From: Octopus vulgaris
Taxonomy: Eukaryota
Assembly (NCBI GenBank): GCA_951406725.2
Contig: OX597830.1
Span: 78,616,001-78,680,000 of the forward strand
Direction of reading: 5' to 3'
Length of the DNA: 64,000 nucleotides
Part shown: positions 55,901 through 64,000 of the stretch, piece by piece
Layout of the letters: every line of letters begins with the position of its first letter
How positions within the stretch are numbered: position 1 is the first letter of the stretch
Notes under the pieces: model-generated
The model's database searches: none
Told to the model about the DNA's origin: nothing
Seen by the model: the letters and a program-made list of their open reading frames with translations, nothing else
Translations under genes and position numbers: made by a program

Positions 55901-56689
55901 CTGGTGCAGAGATGCTTGCTTCCCACACATGATCCTAGGTTCGGTCCCACCGTGTGTAATCTTGAGCGAGTGCCTTCTATTATAGCCTCGAACCAACTAA
56001 TACCTTGTTAGTGGATTTGGTGGACGGAAGCACCACGACATTTTGGTTTATTCACGTCCCCGTAACTTAGCGATTCAACTTTAGGGACCAATAGAATAAG
56101 TACATGGCTTTAAAAAAGTAAGTACTGGAGTTTATTCGTTGCACTAAAACCCTTCAGGACAGGGCCTCAGCATCGTCGCAACAATCCAAGACAAACAACT
56201 AATATTTATATAATTAAGAGCGAGCGAAGCAGTATTAATACCTTTCTACTATAGGCACAAGGCCTGAAATTCGGTGTGAGGATATTAGTGCATTACATCG
56301 ACCCCAATACTCAACTGGTATTTAATTTATCGATTCCGAAAGGATGAAAGCAAGGTCGGCTTCGACGAAATTTGAACTCAGAACGTAGCGACGGGCGAAA
56401 TACAGCTAAGCATTTCGTCCATTTATGGGATAATATGATTCTGGTTTGCCATTATATCTAGATGGTCACGGCTGTTATGCTCTTTTGTTTGTTTGTTTTT
56501 TTTCTTAGATATAGGAAATCAAGCGTAACCTGTCTCTAAAACATAATCAGAATTGCAGTAACAAAATTGGGTGACTTGAGCCAACGAGAGTAAATTTCTG
56601 TGGTTGCTTCACTTACGAGAAATAGGAGCCAATTTCTTTTTTCAAATCGGACTTCAGCGTCTTAATAACGAGATGGGGTTTTTTATGCG

Positions 56690-56952
56690 CCCTTTCCAAG
56701 CTTAGCCAGGCTCATGGGCCCGGTTTCCCGGTTTCTGTGGCGTATGTGTTCCCCCCAGCAGAGTTACTCAAGAAACAAGAAAAAAGAATAAGAGAAAGTT
56801 GGGGCGAAAGAGTACAACAGGGGTCGCCACCCCTACCCCCTGTCTGAGCCTCGTGGAGCTTTAGGTGTTTTCGCTCAATAAACACACACAACGCCCGATC
56901 TGGGAACCGAAGCCACGATCCTCCGACCGCGAGTCCGCTGCCCTAACCACGG
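56690..56952 (-). mobile_element. tRNA-derived SINE (family C head)
   Basis: Minus strand gtggttagggcagcggactcgcggtcggaggatcgtggcttcggttcccag is a tRNA-like head. Confidence 0.7.
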
Positions 56953-57536
56953 AATGGTAACTGTGAAAAATGTAACATTGTGGGTGTGGAAAAAAAAATA
57001 AAAGAGACGTAATGGTGTGATGACATTGTCCAATTCCAGGAACATTAGTCTGTTGAATCGGAGCGAACCTGAAGCTGAACAACAAACGCAGGCAACCACA
57101 ATAACATCAACAATAACAACAACAACAACAACAACAACAATAAATGAACAAACAAAGGGAAAAACGAAACGTTTCCAAAGAGTAAAGAAATTATGATTTA
57201 GTTGTGGAATTTCTATTGAAATACATTCTCCATTCTTCTTTTATTCCTGTCAATCAAAGTTTTGGTTCTGCTTCATTGTTGCTGTTCTTCTTCTTGTTGA
57301 TGTTGTTGTTGTTGTTGTTGTTATTTTTTTTAGATGTATTTTTTTTTTTCTTTTTGTTCTTGAAACGAAAACGTCATCATTCTTGCTTTCCTCATGGCAT
57401 CGCATGATGGGCGGAAATGTTCTTCTTCTTCCAGTTGTTTCTTCCTTTTGCTCTAAGAATTCTTCGCTATTTATTTATTTATTTTTTCATTTTCTATTCT
57501 TTTCCTTTATTCCTCGTTTTTAGCATCTATTTTTGC

Positions 57537-57589
<53 letters not shown>

Positions 57590-57781
57590 ACACAAAAACA
57601 CACACACATATATATATATATGTATATATATACATACATACATGTATACAGGCACATATATATCTACACACGCACGCACGCACGTACACGCACACATGTA
57701 TGTACATATACATGAATATGTATATATATAGACAAACATACAGAGAAACATATATAACCATATATGCATATACATAAATTA

Positions 57782-57825
<44 letters not shown>

Positions 57826-57904
57826 GTATATATATATATATGTATACTTATGTATATGTACACATATATATATATGTATGTGTATATGTATATATATATA
57901 TGTA

Positions 57905-57971
<67 letters not shown>

Positions 57972-58371
57972 GATATATACACAAACATATTAATTTACAT
58001 GTCTATAATACATGTACATACACACATGCGCGCACATACACACCCACCAGTTCTTCACACATATGGGAATATGTAACGAAAGAGTAAGATTTCAAATAGC
58101 AGGTGTACGACGGGGGAAAAAACAATGAGAATGTCTGTGATGGGAAAAGAAAGCGATTCTATCCCTTTCGTTACTATCGTCGTATTATCATCCTCGTCGT
58201 CACCACCACCACCACCACCACGATCATCATCATCATCATCATCATCATCATCGTTACTATCACCATCGTCATCATCATCATCATCATCATCGTTAATATC
58301 ACCATCATCATCATCATCATCATCGTTACTATCACCATCATCATCGTCATCATCATCATCGTTACTATCAC

Positions 58372-58402
<31 letters not shown>

Positions 58403-58408
58403 GTTATT

Positions 58409-58456
<48 letters not shown>

Positions 58457-58623
58457 GTTATTATCACCATCATCATCATCGTTACTGTCACCATCATCAT
58501 TATTATCGTCGTCGTTGTCATCACCGTTGTCATCGTCATTATCATCATTATTGTCACTGAGATAGCCGTAGATGCATCTTATATGCATACACGCACACAC
58601 ACACACACACAGAGTATATATAC

Positions 58624-58671
<48 letters not shown>

Positions 58672-58886
58672 GAGCTGGCAGAATCATTAGCATGCTGGGC
58701 AAAATGCTTAAGCAGTATTTTTTCTGTCATTATGTTCTGAGTTCAAATTCTGCCAGGGTTGACTTTGCCTTTCATCCTTTCAGGGGGGGTCGATAAATTA
58801 AGTACCAGTGAAACACTGGGGTCGATGCAATCCATTGGTCCCCTCCCTCTCTCAAAATTTCAGACCTTGTGCCTATAGTAGAAAAG
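58672..58886 (+). mobile_element. SINE family A, tail B
   Basis: gagctggcagaatcattagc...gagttcaaattc...ccttgtgcctatagtagaaaag. Confidence 0.85.
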
Positions 58887-58899
58887 ATATATATACATA

Positions 58900-58994
<95 letters not shown>

Positions 58995-59231
58995 TAGTAT
59001 AGTATATATTATTAATGTGTGTGTGTATATATATATAGATAGATAGATGTGTGTGTATATATATATAGGTGTTTGTGTATACATATACAGAGATGCATAT
59101 TTTCACACACGTGTGTGATTGTATCCGCATTGTATGTGTGGTGTGTGTGGGTGGGGGTATGTTTTGTGTGGTATGTGTGTTCGACTTGTGTGAGATATAT
59201 GTGTATGTACGCACCTGTGTGTGTGTGTGCG

Positions 59232-59283
<52 letters not shown>

Positions 59284-59909
59284 AGGTGTCAATCTCAACA
59301 AATATTTATCATACATGGATTTCTTACCTACAGCAGTATAAAGTCAGGCGGTTTACAATACACGCTGACGTTACTCGACTGACTTCAACCTTCTCTGATG
59401 TTTGCAGATTTTACATTCTGTTATCATCAGCCGCAGCAACAACAACAACAACAATAGTAAAACAACAACACCAATAACAGCAAACAGAGCAAGAATTACA
59501 ACAGTAACGACAGCAATAATAATAATAACAACAACATACTCTACAGCAGAAACCAAATTGGACCTCATATTTTACTATCAACAACTGATTTTCATAATTA
59601 CGGTCTCTTTGTTTGCGACATTGTCTTTTTGTTTGTTTTGTTGTTTTTTTTCTTTCAGAGCCTTTGTTTTTTATTTTTTATATTTTACATTTTGTCTTTC
59701 GTTTTTTCTTTTTCCAGTCCTGATTTCTTTCTCCTCATCTCGCCTGAAGAACGATCGCATGGCTTTTTTAATAAATTTCTTTCAAATACTATAAGCCTAT
59801 ATACATATATAGATGTATGTATGTGTGTGTGTGTATATATATATATATACACACACACACATATATATATACACACACTCACACATACATACACACACAT
59901 ACACACACA

Positions 59910-59951
<42 letters not shown>

Positions 59952-60080
59952 TAAAAAGAATTCCAACCTTGTCTGATTTTCACGTTTTATTTACAATCTT
60001 ATAATGATATATTATAAGATAATATATTATAATTGAATAAAATAAAATGAAATAGTAGAATGTTAAATATTCATTCTGAT

Positions 60081-60125
60081 TGAACTAGTACTTTCATGCA
60101 TTGAATTCTGCAATCTTCGGGTTCA
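60081..60125 (-). ncRNA. Minimal type I hammerhead motif in the PLE 3' terminal region (variant core)
   Basis: tgaac CCGAAGA t-tgca-gaattcaa-tgca-t GAAA gtac TA gttca. Stem III AGTACT is palindromic. Deviations are U4C and a U.U at the base of stem II. Confidence 0.7.
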
Positions 60126-60184
60126 TGTAGTAGTGTTGACAGTCATGCTTCACAATTTTTGACTGTAGCAAGATGAGTGATTCT

Positions 60185-60305
60185 GTGCTATAAATACAGC
60201 TGGGTAGGCTCCAGAGTGCTAGGTTTTGCAAACTGTATTCTGACCAATCAGTGTGTAGTATCACTCAATTACTTAAGCTGATTGGTTGGTTGAGCTGATT
60301 GGTTT
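60185..60305 (-). promoter_or_regulatory. Cluster of CCAAT boxes plus a TATA-like motif upstream of the PLE hammerhead
   Basis: Three ccaatcag motifs (both orientations) and tatttata/tataaata ~65 nt before the ribozyme. Promoter function is inferred only. Confidence 0.35.
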
Positions 60306-60619
60306 AGGCATCACGCTTTGTTGGACAGGTCAAGAGTCCTGTATCTTGACCCTGGCCGAAGCAGCAATTGTTGGGTTATTTTTAGAAATGTTGTAAATAT
60401 CCTTTGTCAGAGATTTTTATATTTTTATATTTCAATTGTCATCATCATCATTGTCAGCACCTTAATTATTGTTGCTAGTGGTGATGGTGGTGGCAATAGA
60501 ACTTTTAACCCTAAATAAGATAATTTTCCTGCTATCTTCCTCTTGATCACCTTTAGTATTGTTGTTGTTGTTAGTGGTCATGGTCGTAGCAGTGGAAGTA
60601 ATACCTCTAAGTATTATTA

Positions 60620-62900
60620 TTATTGCTTATTTAGCTTGGGTTCGAATTTATCAATAAAATTCTTTTCTCTGATTTTCCTCTCGATTTCACTTGGGCTGTG
60701 TAATTTGTAGAATGGAAATATTATATATATATTCTGGGTCTCTAATCTGTTGCCGGTGTACACGTGAGCGTTCTAATAGTGCGTTTCCCGTCTGACCTAC
60801 ATATATTTCTTCACAATTTGGGCATTTGATGCAGTAAATTAAATTTCTGCTTTTGCAGTTCATATTCGCGTTTGTGAATATTTTCCCGGTTTTTGTGTTT
60901 ATATATTGACCGGTATGTATGAATTGGCATGTGCCACATCGGCTATCATTGCATTTAGATACCGTGAATGTTTGGTCTTTGTTGCTGAGGTCAAATTTTG
61001 CCTTTGTTAGTAATGTTTTCAAGTTTTTAGGCTGTCTTTTACTAAGTACCATAGCTCGATCCTTGATTATGTCTTTTAATTCATTACTTTGGGCAATGAT
61101 TGGTAGGTTTGCTTTGGCAATGTTGAAGATATTCTGGTGACATGGGTTGTGTGTCACTATGAATGGTATGACTTGTTCTTGTTTTCCTCTTCCTTGGGTT
61201 GTCCTAAGTTGTTGTATAGGTATTTTTATAGCCCGCTGTATGCCATTTTCTATAAGTAGAGATGGGTATTTTTGTTTGAGCAAAAATTCTCTTAGTTCTA
61301 TTAGGCGTTTGTTCCTGATATTTGCATCTTCTACAATAGTACAAATTCTTCTGGCTAGGCAGTATGGGATGTTACGTTTTGTATGTGGTGGATGGCACGA
61401 CTTAAAATTTAGGTATTGATGTGTGTCTGTGTGTTTATAGTATATATCTGTGGTGATGGTGGTGTCTTTTTTAATTACCATTATATCCAGGAATGGTAAT
61501 TTGGTACTACTCATCTCCTTTGTAAATTTGAGAGATGGGTGTAGGTTGTTCAGGAGGATATTGAACTCTTCCAGAGTATTTAGAGATTCTGTCCAGATTA
61601 TGAAACAGTCGTCTAGGTATCTCTTCCATGCCTTTTCAATATACTTTCTAAATCCAGTGCCATAGTTTACCTCCACCTCTTGGTAGAGTTGTTCTTCTAA
61701 GTATCCCATTACAGAGTTGGCGTAAACGGGAGCAAACCTCGTTCCCATCGCCGTGCCTCTAATTTGGATGTAATTCTTTCCATTGAAGAAGAATGTGTTA
61801 TTTTCTAGAATAAGTTTGACTGTGTCTAATATAAATGGCACTGTGAATCTGCTGGGAATCACTTCTCTATGTTTTTCTAACCAGTATTTAATCGCCTTTA
61901 TTCCTAAATCGTGTGGAATATTGGTGTAGAGGCTTACCACATCAAAACTTAGTAAAACTGAATTTGTTTCTGTTGTTTTGGGAAGATGGGACAGGAAGTC
62001 GATGTCATCCCTGATGAAACTGGGTATGTAAGTACATAATGGTTTCAAAACAATGTCAATAAAATTGCTTAGACGGTGTGTAGGGCATGCTGGACCAGCT
62101 ATAATAGGTCTAAGTTTTAGGTCTTTTGGATGTAATAATTTTATGTACTCACTTTCTTGTTCTTTTACTGCCTGTTGAATGTTTTTTGATTTGTGTATTT
62201 TTGGTAAGCCGTAGAAGTTGCTGGGTTTTGGTTCAAAATTGGTGATGTAGTCTTTTTCATTATCCGTAAGTGAGTTGTGGTGTGTTGAAATCAGGTTGTT
62301 GATCTTTTTCATGATGTGGTGGTCTATATTTGCGGGTATTTCACAATAGAAGGTTGTATCCTTCAGTTGGTCTTCAACCAAATCCTTATAGTATTCGGTA
62401 TCCATAATAACAATTGCACCACCTTTATCTGCTTGTTTAATTATTATTGTTTGATCGTTTTGTATACGTTTACATGCAGACATCTCTGATTTGCTAATGT
62501 TTGGCCTAACATTGGTATTGCGTCTAAGGGGAAATTTAGACAGGATATCAATGTATTGGTCAAGGTAGTTATTTCTTCCTTTTGGTGGGGTGAAATTTGA
62601 TTTATTCCTTACTAGGGATTCATCAATCTCATTACTTTTGTTAGCGAAGAATTCTACAAGTCGTAATTTTCGACAGAATTTTTGGATATCCTCCTTTAAT
62701 TCTTGGTGGTTGGCTGTTGGTGTAGGTGTGAATTTCAGTCCTTTTGACAGAAGTTGGATTTCATCATTGTCAAGATCTCTTTTTGATAAATTAATTATTT
62801 TAGGATCTATACGTTCAGTTGTTTGGGGTATGTTTCCTCTTGGATTTTTTCTTTCTCCGGTGTTTGTTGTCCTGACGTAAAAAAATGGATTTTTTTCTGG
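60620..62900 (-). pseudogene. PLE ORF2: reverse transcriptase + GIY-YIG endonuclease, with internal deletion/frameshift near 60725
   Basis: The frame is stop-free from 62900 and includes the conserved IINLS...E..LLSKGLKFTPTP motif upstream of the first Met (62483). The expected C-terminus IFPFYKL...REKNFIDKFEPKLNKQ* is in another frame ending at 60620. Confidence 0.88.
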
Positions 62901-64000
62901 TTATGATTTATATTCCTGTTGATGTTTGCTTGATGAATTTTGCGTTTTGGTTGTGGTACTTTACTTGGTTTCGTTATGTTTTCTGTCTTGTTTTTGGTAT
63001 TATGTATGCTACTTTTCAATTTCTTGTTAGCATTGTTTTTAACCACCTGGAGAAATGATCTGGGTTTACTTCTAGATCTAGATCGGTTTTTTGTCCAGTT
63101 TCTTGTGGGTAATCTCTGTTGAGGTCTTGAAAATGATCTCCTGTTATTTCTACTGCTAATGGTCTGTTCAAAACAATATCTATTTTGTTTGTGCTTTTTG
63201 TTCATGTTGTGTGCATTAGGGTGTTTGCATACAAAATGGGAAGAGTTCTTACCGTAGTTCGTCTTCGATTCGTGGTGAAACGGGTGTTCATGTTGCCACG
63301 TGTTCTGGTGTATGTTGCGTTGGTGAGGTTGTCCACTTTTAATGCTATTTCTCGGAGTTCTGGTGTCTTTACCGTAATTTGTAGCATATTTGTCGAGAAA
63401 TAATTGTTTCCGCTGCCAAAACTTTCTTGATCTGCTTTCTTCTTTTGAGATATCTCTGATCCATAGTTCTCGCATTTTTTCTGCTATATTGCCGGTCGTT
63501 AGTTTGGATATTTCATCTCTGATTTGATCATCGATAGCTTCGTATTTGGCTTTGTAGCGGGATTGTTTAGACAGGGTAATGGAGATGTCGGTCCTGAATT
63601 TTATCAAACTAAGGTCCCATCGAAGTTTAGTTTCTTCCTCTGGTTCTCCTGCAATTTCTTTAATTAGGTACTTCCGAGGAAGTATGGGTGCCGCTAAAGA
63701 TATCCATTTCGAATGTATTTCAGCATATTTTTCGCATTTATATGCCTTCCAGAAGTTTTGTTTTCTTATGTTAAGGAGTTTTTTCCATGTCTTCTGTATC
63801 TCTTCTCTTTTTCGGTGTGCCTCTTTTTCCAGATTTCTTTCGTTTATTTCTGACATCCAAGGAGGTTGTGGTAGGCTTTCTCTTGTAGATTTTATAATTG
63901 TTGGTATCATTTCAGCTAAATTCTTAATTTCAGAGTTTATGTGTTCATTTCCAAGTTTTCCGTCTGTAGACTGTTTTTCTATTTCCTTTAAAATAGAGGA
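62807..64000 (-). CDS. PLE ORF1: charged helical region followed by a basic, R/S-rich tail; open to the window edge
   Basis: No stop between 64000 and 62807. Non-repetitive, >390 codons, same strand as ORF2 and overlapping it by ~94 nt. Confidence 0.75.
   Translation of the reverse strand, partial: SSILKEIEKQSTDGKLGNEHINSEIKNLAEMIPTIIKSTRESLPQPPWMSEINERNLEKEAHRKREEIQKTWKKLLNIRKQNFWKAYKCEKYAEIHSKWISLAAPILPRKYLIKEIAGEPEEETKLRWDLSLIKFRTDISITLSKQSRYKAKYEAIDDQIRDEISKLTTGNIAEKMRELWIRDISKEESRSRKFWQRKQLFLDKYATNYGKDTRTPRNSIKSGQPHQRNIHQNTWQHEHPFHHESKTNYGKNSSHFVCKHPNAHNMNKKHKQNRYCFEQTISSRNNRRSFSRPQQRLPTRNWTKNRSRSRSKPRSFLQVVKNNANKKLKSSIHNTKNKTENITKPSKVPQPKRKIHQANINRNINHNQKKIHFFTSGQQTPEKEKIQEETYPKQLNV

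Larger units (their letters stand above)
59946..64000 (-). mobile_element. Penelope-like retroelement (Neptune-type), 5' end outside the window, 3' end fused to (TA)n
   Basis: PLE RT (ADKGG, FYGLPKIHK, LRPII, SFDVVSLYTNIP, GTAMG, RYLDD, LPFLD), Cys linker CNDSRCGTC, GIY-YIG (LIYCIKCPNC..IYVGQT) and a 3' hammerhead motif. Confidence 0.95.

Noticed and set aside
59738-59775. CTGAAGA near the PLE end
   Set aside because: No downstream GAAA or stem II, and it is on the opposite strand to the PLE.
60919-63403. Plus-strand ORFs opposite the PLE
   Set aside because: Antisense shadows of the minus-strand coding frames.

Overview
This is repeat-saturated, AT-rich eukaryotic DNA with no recognisable host gene exon. 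The repeat types (dense TA/CA/TATG/GATA/TAA/CAT microsatellites and several abundant tRNA-derived SINE families) suggest an octopus or other coleoid cephalopod; this is an inference. Almost all ORFs in the supplied track are microsatellite artefacts. The real coding remnants all come from retroelements: (1) a Neptune-type Penelope-like element (PLE) at the right end, with a long ORF1 overlapping the RT/GIY-YIG frame at a U7 -1 slippery site and a minimal hammerhead motif at its 3' end; (2) a 5'-truncated CR1-group LINE; (3) two L1/Tx1-type 3' ends inside (GATA)n; (4) R4/Dong-like fragments. The most interesting signal is non-coding. Two unrelated ORF-less elements (14079-14933, 465-nt unit; 46741-48224, 535-nt unit) consist of partial tandem plus inverted copies of a unit carrying an intact type I hammerhead ribozyme, and both are fused to (TA)n. 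Several more isolated or degenerate hammerhead motifs lie elsewhere in the window. Together they look like a retrozyme-like, PLE-dependent family of self-cleaving RNAs. A second observation is that the main SINE shares its 3' tail with the Tx1-type LINE and forms multimers with a fixed junction. All alignments and pairings were read by eye, so boundaries are approximate.
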